The translations under genes and the position numbers were made by a program. This document shows, piece by piece, positions 27,125-37,116 of a stretch of 58,171 nucleotides of DNA. The notes beneath the pieces are model-generated. The model searched no databases. It had not been told where the DNA came from and worked only from the letters and a program-made list of their open reading frames with translations. The stretch covers positions 1 to 58,171 of the forward strand of contig WGCQ01000014.1 of the NCBI GenBank assembly GCA_015493765.1. Reading direction: 5' to 3'. The stretch comes from Deltaproteobacteria bacterium. Lineage in GTDB: Bacteria; Myxococcota_A; UBA9042; DTJE01; S145-11. The first letter of the stretch is position 1, and each line of letters opens with the position of its first letter.

Positions 27125-28441
27125 TTACAGCAAGCCGGAATCAAGCCACGATGTAATCGCATCCCTGGGGTCAGTACCAGTGCCGGATGACCATACATAG
27201 GACATGTTTTTGCCCAACAGAAGGAAACTGAAGGGATAACCAATCTGGCTGGATTCGGGGCTGAAGTGTTGGAATATCACGGACCAGTTGTGGTCACCCA
27301 AAAACATGTGGGCCGGGTCAATGCCCTCCTGCTTGGCGTAGGACTTGCAGTCCTCAGCCGTCGGGTCAGAGCCCTGTGAAGGTCCTTCGGCAACATAAAC
27401 CCAGTAGTTGATGCTGTCCTTGTGCGCCATGTAGTAATCCCAGAACAACGGCAGGTTTGCCCTGCAATGGGGACACCACTCGGCAGCCGCGGTGATCCAC
27501 ATGATCTTGGGACCACCGCACAGGCTGTGCAGGTTTATCTTCTGGCCCAGGCAGTTTGTCAACGTGAAATCACCAATGTTATCAAAGTAATGCGTGCCAG
27601 TACCGTCAGCCACGCACTGGTCCTTGGGCAGGTACTCCACATTGTCCGCCTTGGCCTCGTAACCATCCAGGCACCAGGTCCTGCCGTCTTTTACGAACTG
27701 CATCCCGGACTGGGTGAATTTGATCTCTTTTAATTTGGCATTATGGAATACGGCATCGAACGGACCGGTTGCACCGCTGAGTTTTTTGATCTCGATGGTA
27801 CCCTCACCTCCGTAATAGTAATGGGCGCACTCCTTGTCAGGCGCCGGGCAATCCTCGAGTCCGATTACCTGGATATCGTCCTTGTCAAAGTCCGAACCCG
27901 CGATATTGTACGTGCCCGGTCCCACAGGCCCATTGTGCGGTGCCATCTGGTGGATCCGTATCACCAACTGGCTGAACGGATAACTGGTTGCGGATAATGC
28001 GTAATACATGAATTCCCCTTTGGGTTCAGTGTTTTTAATTGGATTTTTCCACTCCGCACCCGTTTTTACCGGTTTGAACATGCTGACATCACAATGGGCC
28101 TGGCATTTACCGTTCACGCACTGCATGCCAGTGGCGCACTTGCCGCAGCTCCCACCACAGCCGTTGTCGCCGCATTCCTTGTTCCAGCAGTTCGGCGTAC
28201 ATACCTTATCGGTTTGCGTGTCCGTGTTACCGGCAGTATCCACGCCCTTGGATGTATCCACCCCTTTGGATATGTCCGTGCCCTTGGTCGTGTCCGTGCC
28301 CTTGGCCGTATCAACGCCTTGGGACGTATCCACCTGCACGTCCACGCCAGGCTGATTATTATCCGGCGAATTGTTGCTGTTTCCCGCGCATCCAATGGCA
28401 ATAAACGCCAATGATGCTATTGCGATCATCCATGTTTTCAT
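27125..28441 (-). CDS. Lipoprotein with G(V/T)DT(S/A/T)K tandem repeats, Cys-rich module and C-terminal thioredoxin-fold domain (CPHC)
   Basis: The ATG at 28441 gives MKTWMIAIASLAFIAIGCAGN, which has a lipobox. The repeats read GVDTAKGTDTTKGTDISKGVDTSKGVDTAGNTDT. A Cys-rich module CGDNGCGGSCGKC follows. The segment ITAAAEWCPHCRANLP has a DsbA-like CPHC active site. Confidence 0.65.
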   Translation of the reverse strand: MKTWMIAIASLAFIAIGCAGNSNNSPDNNQPGVDVQVDTSQGVDTAKGTDTTKGTDISKGVDTSKGVDTAGNTDTQTDKVCTPNCWNKECGDNGCGGSCGKCATGMQCVNGKCQAHCDVSMFKPVKTGAEWKNPIKNTEPKGEFMYYALSATSYPFSQLVIRIHQMAPHNGPVGPGTYNIAGSDFDKDDIQVIGLEDCPAPDKECAHYYYGGEGTIEIKKLSGATGPFDAVFHNAKLKEIKFTQSGMQFVKDGRTWCLDGYEAKADNVEYLPKDQCVADGTGTHYFDNIGDFTLTNCLGQKINLHSLCGGPKIMWITAAAEWCPHCRANLPLFWDYYMAHKDSINYWVYVAEGPSQGSDPTAEDCKSYAKQEGIDPAHMFLGDHNWSVIFQHFSPESSQIGYPFSFLLLGKNMSYVWSSGTGTDPRDAITSWLDSGLL

Positions 28442-28520
28442 GACATCTCCTGAAATCTGGTAAAACACAAAACAGGGGGTATTGTATGGCATCTTGAATC
28501 TATGGTCAATACCAAATTAG

Positions 28521-28545
28521 CCCAAATTACCTGCCAAATTTGAGG
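28521..28545 (+). repeat. CCAAATTACCTG hairpin-motif instance
   Basis: cccaaattacctgccaaatttgagg. Confidence 0.4.
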
Positions 28546-28637
28546 ATAAAGGGGGCTGAAACGGGTTCAGATAAGCGGAGTTAAGCCAATTTGAGCGCAG
28601 GCATACTATCAGCGAGCATACATGGGTTCACATGCAA

Positions 28638-28843
28638 GCCGATATGCATCGCATATCAACAAAAAATCTCGTAACCTAAAAAACGCTATGAATGCATGTA
28701 AATTCGCTGCTATGGCTACCAAATGTTTACCCTAATCCCCCTTGTACACGTGTTTTGTCAGAATTGATGATTTTGGTCCTTGGTTTTGTAACGGTTTGAT
28801 GAATAACTTATTCTAAAAATAACCTGTATCGAAGATGCCTCTA
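28638..28843 (+). repeat. AT-rich dispersed intergenic element, B-type (copy without the 44-nt module)
   Basis: It aligns with 45984-46227 and with the reverse complement of 166-372. It ends 69 nt upstream of the mreB ATG. Confidence 0.8.
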
Positions 28844-28911
28844 ACCTGATTTTGTGCTCAACAACAGCAAACAAATGTGCTATAAATCGAAATGTTGTAC
28901 TGAGGAGCTTT

Positions 28912-29949
28912 ATGTTCTTCGATTGGTTATACGGATTGTTTTCCAGGGACCTCGCGATCGACCTGGGCACGGCAACGACGTTGATTTATGTGCGTGGCCA
29001 GGGTGTCGTGGCATCTGAACCGTCAGTTGTGGCCGTATCCACGGGTAGCAATGGTATGCGAAAGGTCCTGGCAGTGGGCAAAGAGGCCAAGGAAATGCTT
29101 GGCAGGACGCCGGAATTCATAGACGCAATCAGGCCCATGAAGGACGGCGTGATCGCTGATTACGATGTAACGGAGGCCATGTTGAGGTATTTCATCAACA
29201 AGGTCCACCGTCACAAGGCCTGGGTCAGGCCGCGCATTGTGATCAGCGTGCCCCATGGAATAACGAATGTTGAGCGCAGGGCTGTCAGGGAATCCGCGGA
29301 GTCGGCCGGGGCCCGTGCCGTGTGGTTGATCGAGGAGCCCATGGCGGCTGCAATAGGCGTGGGTTTGCCTATTACCGAGCCCTGTGGCAGCATGATCGTG
29401 GATATCGGCGGTGGGACAACGGAGGTGGCTGTAATCAGCCTGTCCGGGATCGTAAAGAGCCGCTCCATCAAGGTGGCTGGCGACAAGATGGACGAGGCAA
29501 TTATCTCGCACATGAAAAAACGTTACGGATTGGTCATCGGGGAGCGGACCGCCGAAGAGATAAAATTGAAGATAGGCAATGCCTATCCCATGGACAAGGT
29601 GCTGTCCATGGAGGTGAAGGGCAGGTCCCATTCCGAGGGCATACCCAAGAGGATCACGGTCAATTCCGATGAGATCAGGGAAGCCCTGTCCGAACCGGTT
29701 TCGCAGATTCTCAAGGCCATACGCATGACGCTGGAGGATGCACCTGCGGAACTGTCCGCTGACATCGTGGACAAGGGCATTGTGCTGGCTGGCGGCGGGT
29801 CGCTGTTGCAGAATATCGACGTGTTGATCAGGGAGGAAATCGGTCTGCCCGCGATCAGGGCCGATAATCCGAAGGCGGCAGTGGTCATGGGTGCGGGCAA
29901 GGTCCTGGAGGACGTGGACCTGCTCGACAAGAGCACTATCAGGCTCTAA
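28912..29949 (+). CDS. mreB: Rod-shape-determining actin homologue MreB
   Basis: From the ATG at 28912 the product reads [27 protein letters not shown]. It also has [22 protein letters not shown] and [10 protein letters not shown]. Confidence 0.96.
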   Translation: MFFDWLYGLFSRDLAIDLGTATTLIYVRGQGVVASEPSVVAVSTGSNGMRKVLAVGKEAKEMLGRTPEFIDAIRPMKDGVIADYDVTEAMLRYFINKVHRHKAWVRPRIVISVPHGITNVERRAVRESAESAGARAVWLIEEPMAAAIGVGLPITEPCGSMIVDIGGGTTEVAVISLSGIVKSRSIKVAGDKMDEAIISHMKKRYGLVIGERTAEEIKLKIGNAYPMDKVLSMEVKGRSHSEGIPKRITVNSDEIREALSEPVSQILKAIRMTLEDAPAELSADIVDKGIVLAGGGSLLQNIDVLIREEIGLPAIRADNPKAAVVMGAGKVLEDVDLLDKSTIRL

Positions 29950-29965
29950 CTGGACGAACCTGCCT

Positions 29966-30820
29966 ATGGATGCGTTGCAGAGACACAAAACAGCGTTGAC
30001 GGCCGTTATCCTGGTTACCGTATCGCTGGTTTTGATGTTCCTGAGTGGTCGGGTTGTCCCGGGCCGGCGAGGTGGGGCCGTGGCCGATGCAATGAACCGG
30101 ACGATCGGATTTGTGCAATCAGGGGTTTCCAGGGTTTTGGGTACGATTAGTAAGGGTTTTGACAGTTACACGGGGTTACTGAGTGTGCAGGAGGAAAACC
30201 AGAAACTGCGAAAACAGTTGAAAAACATGCGGCCTTTTTTAACATCGTATATGAGGCTCCAGCGTGAAAATGAACGTTTGAGACGGTTGATTGGGTATCG
30301 CAGCAAGCATCCCCGCCTGATAACCCTGGCCGCTCACGTGGTTGCCCGTTCGTTGAATGCCTATTTTCACGTGGTGCGTCTGCAAATAGCAGTGACACCG
30401 GACGCAAAAATCCCTCCAAGAGCGGCTGTGCTGTCGCCGGATGGGGTGGTGGGCAGGATACTGCACAGTTTCGGCCAGTATGCCGATTGCCTGTTGGTAT
30501 CGGACAGGCGCAGCCGAATCCCTGCATATGCCCCGGGAAAGCAGGTCCAGGGCGTGGTCATAGGCAAGGGTGCCTACATCAAATACCAGGCGGTGTTCAG
30601 GACATTGACATCATCGAAACGACTGTCGGACGGTACACTGATCGTGACATCCGGCCGGGATGGGACATTCCCGGAGGGCATGGAAATCGGACGTATTACG
30701 GACAGTAAACACTGCCAGCAGTCAGGTTTGTACATGGATTATCCTGTTGCATTGAGTAACGATATCGATGCGTTACAGGATGTAATGATCGTGTTGGGAG
30801 TCCGGGGGCAGGCAAAGTGA
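29966..30820 (+). CDS. mreC: Rod-shape-determining protein MreC
   Basis: The ATG at 29966 gives an N-terminal TM helix, then a coiled coil (LSVQEENQKLRKQLKNM...ENERLRRL) and a beta-rich C-terminal domain. It sits between mreB and mreD. Confidence 0.85.
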   Translation: MDALQRHKTALTAVILVTVSLVLMFLSGRVVPGRRGGAVADAMNRTIGFVQSGVSRVLGTISKGFDSYTGLLSVQEENQKLRKQLKNMRPFLTSYMRLQRENERLRRLIGYRSKHPRLITLAAHVVARSLNAYFHVVRLQIAVTPDAKIPPRAAVLSPDGVVGRILHSFGQYADCLLVSDRRSRIPAYAPGKQVQGVVIGKGAYIKYQAVFRTLTSSKRLSDGTLIVTSGRDGTFPEGMEIGRITDSKHCQQSGLYMDYPVALSNDIDALQDVMIVLGVRGQAK

Positions 30821-31335
30821 CGTATCCCGTAATATTCATCACTGCGTTTTTGTTGCAGGTGCTGGAAACGGCAGTGGCCAGGTATGCGGGTGTACAGTTT
30901 GTAACGCCGGACGTGGGCCTGGTTGCCGCGATTTATATGGGCGTAGGTGTTGGTCCTGTGGGTGGGCTCATAACGGCCTTTTTACTGGGGCTGAGTGCTG
31001 ACCTCATGTCCATGGGTGGTTTGATTGGGGTAAATGCAGGGGCCTACGTGGTGGTATTCCTGCTGGCCATGCAGGCCAGGTCCAAGGTGGTGGTGTGGGC
31101 GATCCCGGGACAGATGTTTATGACGTTTGCCTTGAGCCTGGTTGTGCTGGTGGTGCAGGTGCTTGCACAGGCCCTGTTCGAGCACTGGTTCAATGCGTAC
31201 GCCGGCCTGTGGCGGGTCGGGGTGGCAGGCGTGATCGTGACCACGGCCTCCGCCCCTGTTTTGTTTATCATGTTTGATATGTTGCAGGCCGCGGTTTCAG
31301 GCGCAACCCGACGCAGAGGCCATTTTATCCAATGA
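30817..31335 (+). CDS. mreD: Rod-shape-determining protein MreD
   Basis: 172-aa polytopic membrane protein. Its GTG start overlaps the mreC stop (GTGA). Called by position in the mre operon. Confidence 0.7.
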   Translation: MTYPVIFITAFLLQVLETAVARYAGVQFVTPDVGLVAAIYMGVGVGPVGGLITAFLLGLSADLMSMGGLIGVNAGAYVVVFLLAMQARSKVVVWAIPGQMFMTFALSLVVLVVQVLAQALFEHWFNAYAGLWRVGVAGVIVTTASAPVLFIMFDMLQAAVSGATRRRGHFIQ

Positions 31336-33263
31336 AGAACAGGGCGGGCGTAGAGTACACAAGGTCGTTCAAGGTTGCTGTGCTGGTGGTGATGCTGGGC
31401 TACCTGGCGATTGGTATAAAATTGGTGTACCTCCAGGTCATCAAGGGGGATTATTACCTGAAGCTGACATCCATCAACCACGTATCCAAAGAACGTATTC
31501 CACCGCTGAGGGGGACGATCCGTGACCGGTACGGGGAGGTGCTGGCACTGAACATACCGATTTTTGACCTGTACGCAGTGCCCAGGTATGTCAAAAAACC
31601 GGAAAAAGAGGTCTCCCTGTTGGAAAATACGGGAATTTTGTCGCATGAAGACGCCGAACGCCTGCTTGCGAGGTTGAAGAAGGCCAAGGGCCTTGCATCG
31701 TTCAGGCGGGTACTCGTAAAGAAGGGCCTGGTCGGCCGCAACTGCCCATTTGACGGCAGCCGGTTGATACCCACGGACTCGGGTCTGCTGAAGTGTCCAA
31801 AGTGTAAACGCACTTTCAAGGACCAGGTCTCCATGGTTACGGTAAATCGCAATGACCTCCCGGGGTTTTCCATTCGTACACGGATGCACCGTTTTTATCC
31901 CAAGGCCAATTTGACCGTCCACGTGGTCGGTTATGTAAACCAGGTGAACATGCGCGACCTGAAACGGCTGGGCAAGGCCTACGTCAGGGGTGACCTGATA
32001 GGCCGAACAGGCATAGAAAGGGCGTTCGAAAAGCAATTGAGAGGCAGCCCGGGGGTCCGGGTTTTTGTAAGGACAGCCGGTGGACGCAGGTTGAATCCGG
32101 CAACACTGCCACCGCCATTTAATAAACTCAAGGACAAACCGTCGGTCCCTGGTGACGACATCACATTGACCATTGACTGGGACCTGACGCGTGCCGCGGC
32201 CAGGGCCATGAGATACCATTATTCCGGGGCAGTTGTGGCGCTGGACGTGCATACGGGCGAGGTGCTCGTGTTGTATTCGAAACCTGGCTTCAATCCGAAT
32301 ATAGGTCACTTTGGCGCCAAAAAGACAAAAAATTTTGACCCGAACCTGTATTCCCCGATGCTGGACAAGGCCCTGATCGCATACCCACCGGGTTCCACAT
32401 TCAAGATGATAACCGCGGTGGCAGGACTGACGGAGGGCGTGGTTGACCCTGATACGGAATTGTTTTGCGGCGGCTATTACATGTACAAGGGGCATCGCTT
32501 TGGGTGCCATAACCGGTTCGGACACGGCGACGTGGACATGATCAAGGGGATTGAAGTATCATGCGATGTATATTTCTACCAGGTCGGGGAGGCACTGGGA
32601 ATGGATACGCTTGCCCATTATGCCAGGGATTATTTCGGCCTCGGGCAGCACACGGGCATAGAAATCCATGAAAGCACGGGTATCGTGCCCACGGTGCGCT
32701 GGCACAACAGGCACTCGCCCACTGGGTTTCTGCCGGGTTTCGTGTTGAATACTGCGGTGGGGCAAGGCGCGCTGAAGGTTACGCCCCTGCAAATTGCCCG
32801 CGCCTATGCGGCCCTGGCCAATGGAGGTCGCTTGATGCGTGTCACCCTGATCAAGCGCATTACTGACCATGAAGGCAAGGTGATTTTCCGGTCAAAACCC
32901 CACGTGGAGCGATACCTGGCCTTGTCGGACATGGTCCGGGCCACGGTCATGCAGGGGTTATACATGGTGGTCAACGGGCGTCACGGTACGGCGCGACACA
33001 GCGCGATCAAGGACCTCCCGTTTGCAGGCAAGACCGGCACAGCCCAGGCCCCTGAACGGCGCTCCGGCGGTGGCAAGCGATTCCAGGCATGGTTAAAGCA
33101 GGACCATGCCTGGTTCGTAGGCTATGCGCCAGCAGCCAATCCGCAGGTCGTGGTCGCCGCCTTTGTGGAACACGGCGGCGGTGGTGGAAAGGCGGCCGCA
33201 CCCGTGGTAAAACAGGTAATTGAGGCCTACTACAGGTTGTATCCCGAGAAGGTGAGGCAGTGA
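31332..33263 (+). CDS. mrdA: Penicillin-binding protein 2 (elongasome transpeptidase)
   Basis: 643 aa. It has PPGSTFKMITA (SxxK), an SxN-position SCD, and KTGTAQ. The start overlaps the mreD stop (ATGA). Confidence 0.92.
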   Translation: MKNRAGVEYTRSFKVAVLVVMLGYLAIGIKLVYLQVIKGDYYLKLTSINHVSKERIPPLRGTIRDRYGEVLALNIPIFDLYAVPRYVKKPEKEVSLLENTGILSHEDAERLLARLKKAKGLASFRRVLVKKGLVGRNCPFDGSRLIPTDSGLLKCPKCKRTFKDQVSMVTVNRNDLPGFSIRTRMHRFYPKANLTVHVVGYVNQVNMRDLKRLGKAYVRGDLIGRTGIERAFEKQLRGSPGVRVFVRTAGGRRLNPATLPPPFNKLKDKPSVPGDDITLTIDWDLTRAAARAMRYHYSGAVVALDVHTGEVLVLYSKPGFNPNIGHFGAKKTKNFDPNLYSPMLDKALIAYPPGSTFKMITAVAGLTEGVVDPDTELFCGGYYMYKGHRFGCHNRFGHGDVDMIKGIEVSCDVYFYQVGEALGMDTLAHYARDYFGLGQHTGIEIHESTGIVPTVRWHNRHSPTGFLPGFVLNTAVGQGALKVTPLQIARAYAALANGGRLMRVTLIKRITDHEGKVIFRSKPHVERYLALSDMVRATVMQGLYMVVNGRHGTARHSAIKDLPFAGKTGTAQAPERRSGGGKRFQAWLKQDHAWFVGYAPAANPQVVVAAFVEHGGGGGKAAAPVVKQVIEAYYRLYPEKVRQ

Positions 33264-34372
33264 TTCAATACTATCAAGGCAGAAAATGGCATTTTGGCGT
33301 TCTGTCGTGGGGTATATTGATTGCCACATCCATTTTGATCCTGATGGGATATGCCAACCTGGTCAACGCGGATTTCTATTCCCAAAGCGCCCTGCATCAT
33401 AAACAGGCCTTGTGGATCCTGATTGGCCTGCTCATTATGGTCGGTACAACCCTGATTGACCGCAATGTAATTGAATTATTTACGGATTTCTTTTACTGGC
33501 TGGTGGTGATCTTGCTGATCTTTTTACTGTTCTTTGGTCGCGAATTGAACTATTCCAAGCGATGGTTTTTTTTCCTTGGAATGGCCATTGAACCATCGGA
33601 GTTCGCCAAGCCTATTATAATTTTGCTGGTTGCAAAATATCTGCACTACTCCAGGCGCAGCGGCAGCCATACGCTGAAGTCCTTGATATGGCCGATTATA
33701 CTTGTGTTGCTGCCCGTATTTCTGATTATGGCGGAGCCGGACCTGGGCACCTCCGTGATATTATTGCTCGTGGCGTTTTCCATATTCCTTTTTGACGGCA
33801 TACACTGGCGTTCTCTGCTGATCCTGTTTGCCCTGCTTGTGGTATTTGTACCCATCGCATGGTACACCGGGATCATCAGGGACTACCAGAAAGTCCGCAT
33901 CAAGATCTGGCTGCATTTGACCGACAAGCCAAAAGACAAGAGACGGACCGGCATGCAGCCCAGGCAGGCTTTGTGGGCCGTGGGCTCAGGGGGGTTAACA
34001 GGTAAGGGGGCCAGGTGTGCTTCCCAGTCCAGGTTGAAATACCTGGCCGAGATGCATACGGACTTCATTTTCGGAACCTTTGCCGAAGAAAGGGGTTTTC
34101 GTGGCTCCATGTTCCTGGTACTCGTTTATATGGCCCTGATCCTGATGTCACTTGGTGCCGCTGTCAGGGCCAGGGAGCGATTTGGGGCACTGATCTGTGC
34201 AGGGGCTGCATTTTATTTATTCTGGCAAAGCGTGTTTAACCTGGCCATGGTTACGGGGCTGATCCCTGTTGTGGGCCTGACGCTGCCGTTGTTTTCCTAT
34301 GGCGGGTCATCAATGATTACAACACTTTTTACCATCGGACTCGTCCTGAATGTATCCGTGTTCGATGGATAA
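33260..34372 (+). CDS. rodA: Peptidoglycan glycosyltransferase RodA (SEDS family)
   Basis: 370 aa and polytopic. SEDS signatures include EFAKPIIILLVAKYL, DFIFGTFAEERGF and LPLFSYGGSS. The GTG start overlaps the mrdA stop. Confidence 0.92.
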   Translation: MIQYYQGRKWHFGVLSWGILIATSILILMGYANLVNADFYSQSALHHKQALWILIGLLIMVGTTLIDRNVIELFTDFFYWLVVILLIFLLFFGRELNYSKRWFFFLGMAIEPSEFAKPIIILLVAKYLHYSRRSGSHTLKSLIWPIILVLLPVFLIMAEPDLGTSVILLLVAFSIFLFDGIHWRSLLILFALLVVFVPIAWYTGIIRDYQKVRIKIWLHLTDKPKDKRRTGMQPRQALWAVGSGGLTGKGARCASQSRLKYLAEMHTDFIFGTFAEERGFRGSMFLVLVYMALILMSLGAAVRARERFGALICAGAAFYLFWQSVFNLAMVTGLIPVVGLTLPLFSYGGSSMITTLFTIGLVLNVSVFDG

Positions 34373-34381
34373 GCCGTCGTC

Positions 34382-35233
34382 CTATTGCCGCGAAATAGGT
34401 AAGGTCAGGACCTTGGCATTGCCGCTGTACGGGGGGAAATGCAGGCTTGAGGCCCCCCATTTTGCACATTTTACAAAGGCCTTTGTAACACCCGAATGCG
34501 ATTCCACTGATGTAAGCGAACCTGTACCTGAGCGTTTCAACAGGAAACTTACGCTTGCGTCGTGAAACCCCGGATTCCGCTTGATTTCGGACTGAGCGCA
34601 TCGTGAAATGATACGACCGAAGCGGTTTTTCACGGAAATTATGGTGTCCACCGCCAATTCACCATGGGCATTTGAGCCGGAGGATGTAAAATCCACGCTG
34701 GTTACGGCAGCCCAGTGATGCAGGAGGCGAAAGTGTCGCCTGTGTCGCCTGGTCTTTGGGCCGGTTGAGGTGGCATGATTTTGTATGATTACACCGGAGG
34801 CTGCCAGGGGTGTCAACCTGGCCAGGTCTATGTCCTTGAACAACAGTTTGGGCAGGAATTTTTTGTCCCTGGGTTTCGGTTTCAGCAAGACCCACAATAC
34901 GACCCCTGACACGACCAGCACGCCCACAATAATAAAAAGAGGTATCCATTTTCGTACACTGGTACCCTTTTCAATCCTGGTGACATCAGCCTCGATCTGG
35001 CGCTCTTCCCGTTCCCTGGCAACCCGTTCCTGGTACGCGTGTATCGCCTTTGACACCTCCTTGATGTCGCCTGCGCGTATGCGCTTTTTGTTGATGATGT
35101 CATTGAGCGATGTGTCGTAATCCACATCACCTTCCAGGGCCACCTCCACCAGTTCCTCAAGTGTAAACGGACCCCAGTCCTGACCATCCTTTTGAAATAC
35201 AAAGGCATTTCTTTGTTTTCTTTTCCTGCCCAT
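34382..35233 (-). CDS. GYF_2-like domain / TM / AgmX-PglI-like C-terminal domain protein
   Basis: From the ATG at 35233 the product reads MGRKRKQRNAFVFQKDGQDWGPFTLEELVEVAL, which is GYF_2-like. A coiled coil and the TM helix WIPLFIIVGVLVVSGVVLWVLL follow. The C-terminal region with RC..SEIKRNPGF...V.F..KRSG resembles the TonB/AgmX-type C-terminal fold. Confidence 0.5.
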   Translation of the reverse strand: MGRKRKQRNAFVFQKDGQDWGPFTLEELVEVALEGDVDYDTSLNDIINKKRIRAGDIKEVSKAIHAYQERVAREREERQIEADVTRIEKGTSVRKWIPLFIIVGVLVVSGVVLWVLLKPKPRDKKFLPKLLFKDIDLARLTPLAASGVIIQNHATSTGPKTRRHRRHFRLLHHWAAVTSVDFTSSGSNAHGELAVDTIISVKNRFGRIISRCAQSEIKRNPGFHDASVSFLLKRSGTGSLTSVESHSGVTKAFVKCAKWGASSLHFPPYSGNAKVLTLPISRQ

Positions 35234-35437
35234 CAATGCAAGTATAACTGAGAATACAGGTACAGGGCAAGGGTATTGTTGCATTTCCGGTGTCTTTATC
35301 CCGGGTAAAGATGCAACAAGTTGTCAAAAATTTGCTAAGCCTCTATATAAAAAGTAGAATAAAAATGAAGTGTGACGTGCCAATGACAGGATATTTTGGC
35401 ATGTCCGAACGGACGGCTGTTAGCTAAGGGGTATGAT

Positions 35438-36235
35438 ATGAGGTTTTACAGATTCATCGTCCTGCTTGGCGGGCTAATGCTGTTTACAGGCCCTGCAATG
35501 GCAAAAATCGACTTGTCGGCCTATAACAGCGCCTACCGCGGTATAGTATTCGGCATGAGCCTGGATTCATTCATGGATATTTGTCGTTCCAGGTTAAAGG
35601 CAAAGTACGGCGAAAAGATCGCGGCAACCACGGATGCCTCTGAAAAGGATCGGTTAACCCAACAGGAAGACGCCGCATTGAAGGCCTTGAACACGTGGAT
35701 AGTCCGGTTTACAAAAACCAACAGGACCTGGAATGCCTCGGTCCTGGCAGGGGAATTCATCAATGGCAGGGGTGAGGAAATGGTGGTCTCTCACCTGAGT
35801 CCTGTGAAACGCTATTTCTTTTTTCACAATAACAAACTGGCCAAGGTCATAGAAATCGGTACCCAACCTTTTGCCACGTACATGTTTCGGTTTTCCAATG
35901 CCTATGGCAAACCCAAGGTGGTCCGTTACCAGGGCAATCAGGTACGTAAACCTTCCGAGATCCTGTGGGAAGACCAGAATACCAGGTTTTCCATCAAAAA
36001 TATCGGACAGCCATTCAATTGTATCATCCTGCGCTGGGCACAAAAGGCGGAGGACGATAAGTGGCGGGCCTTGCGTGCCAAGCTGCAAAAGAAAAACAAT
36101 GGAGTAAACCAGATCGTCAAAGAAGTTCAAGGCAAACAGAAGGACAGTTCGGTTGACAGGAAACTGGACGAACTCCTGGGACCTGGCAAGGCAGGCGGTG
36201 CCAAGCCAGCACCCATGCAACCCCTCGTTCCCTGA
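35438..36235 (+). CDS. Secreted hypothetical protein
   Basis: The ATG at 35438 gives the signal peptide MRFYRFIVLLGGLMLFTGPAMA. I recognise no domain. Confidence 0.5.
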   Translation: MRFYRFIVLLGGLMLFTGPAMAKIDLSAYNSAYRGIVFGMSLDSFMDICRSRLKAKYGEKIAATTDASEKDRLTQQEDAALKALNTWIVRFTKTNRTWNASVLAGEFINGRGEEMVVSHLSPVKRYFFFHNNKLAKVIEIGTQPFATYMFRFSNAYGKPKVVRYQGNQVRKPSEILWEDQNTRFSIKNIGQPFNCIILRWAQKAEDDKWRALRAKLQKKNNGVNQIVKEVQGKQKDSSVDRKLDELLGPGKAGGAKPAPMQPLVP

Positions 36236-36259
36236 CCCGAATTACCTGACTGAATTCGG
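36236..36259 (+). repeat. CCAAATTACCTG hairpin-motif instance with compensatory stem change
   Basis: CCGAATT-acctgact-GAATTCGG. The A-to-G change in the 5' arm is matched by a T-to-C change in the 3' arm relative to the other copies. Confidence 0.45.
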
Positions 36260-36273
36260 CAGTCGGACACTAT

Positions 36274-36331
36274 CACGGCCACGGACGCGGTCAACGGCCA
36301 CGGCCACCGGTCAACGGCCACGGGTCACGGC
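36274..36331 (-). repeat. GRCCGT hexamer tract only (C-type element fragment, inverted)
   Basis: acggccacggacgcggtcaacggccacggccaccggtcaacggccacgggtcacgg is the reverse complement of the GRCCGT tracts in C1/C3/C4. It abuts the stop of the batE-like gene. Confidence 0.6.
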
Positions 36332-37116
36332 GTTGAGTCACCCGTCCCTTGCAAAACCTTTATCCGGTCGGATCGGACAAAGCCATCGGAGCCGTCCACC
36401 AGGCGGATCCGCGTCAGGGTCCCGGCCTGCCTGAGTACCCGCACCTCGAGACCTTCAGGCAGGTAGGACTGGGGGTCCAGGTTGTCCACGGACTTGTATA
36501 TGCCCGTATTTTGAACCAGCACGCCCAGCCTGTAGTCGTGGGTGACGTGGTACTTGCCCGCTGCAACGCCTGCGCCTGCAAACGCGAGTATCAACAGTAC
36601 CACCGCAACCTTGCCCGCGTACCTCCTGGCCCGGCCCAGCCTGAAGATACCCAGAAACACCAGGCCGAAAAACCATGCCACCAGGCTGAACCAGATCGCG
36701 TAATTCAGGTTGGCCCAGCCGAAGGTGGTGATCATGTAATCGTGGTACGGCTGAAACAGGAACCTGCGCATCGCGGACTTCTGTTTGGCCTGTGCCCTGG
36801 TCAGGTACTGGCGCAACCGCCTGGCCCCGGCCTTTGCGGCCTGGCGCACCGCGGGATTGCCGGACCTTTGGGCCATCAGCAGGTAATACAGGGCCAGCCC
36901 CGGGTGATGCAGGCGAAATTCGTCAGCCGCCAGGTTGTACAGGAGCGCACCGTCCGTGCGATGGAATTTTTCCACCAGCGGTTTCAGCAAACCTTCGGAT
37001 TCTTTGTACTTGCCGGCCTTGTACAGCACCACGGCCTTGTCAAACCGTTGTGTCACGGTCTGGGCCGCGACATTTACGGACACAAGCACCATAAATACCA
37101 GGAGCCAGTGTTTCAT
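36325..37116 (-). CDS. batE: BatE-like protein (TPR + TM + C-terminal SH3b-like)
   Basis: 263 aa with a signal peptide, a TPR-like segment (AVVLYKAGKYKESE..LLYNLAADEF), TM helices, and a C-terminal beta-rich domain (GLEVRVLRQAGTLTRIRLVDGSDGFV). It is the last gene of the Bat operon. Confidence 0.65.
   Translation of the reverse strand: MKHWLLVFMVLVSVNVAAQTVTQRFDKAVVLYKAGKYKESEGLLKPLVEKFHRTDGALLYNLAADEFRLHHPGLALYYLLMAQRSGNPAVRQAAKAGARRLRQYLTRAQAKQKSAMRRFLFQPYHDYMITTFGWANLNYAIWFSLVAWFFGLVFLGIFRLGRARRYAGKVAVVLLILAFAGAGVAAGKYHVTHDYRLGVLVQNTGIYKSVDNLDPQSYLPEGLEVRVLRQAGTLTRIRLVDGSDGFVRSDRIKVLQGTGDSTP

Noticed and set aside
29023-29988. 321-aa ORF antisense to mreB
   Set aside because: MreB on the plus strand is unambiguous. 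The antisense product has no recognisable features.
31044-32525. 493-aa ORF antisense to mreD/mrdA
   Set aside because: It is a shadow ORF opposite the PBP2 gene, which has SxxK and KTG motifs.
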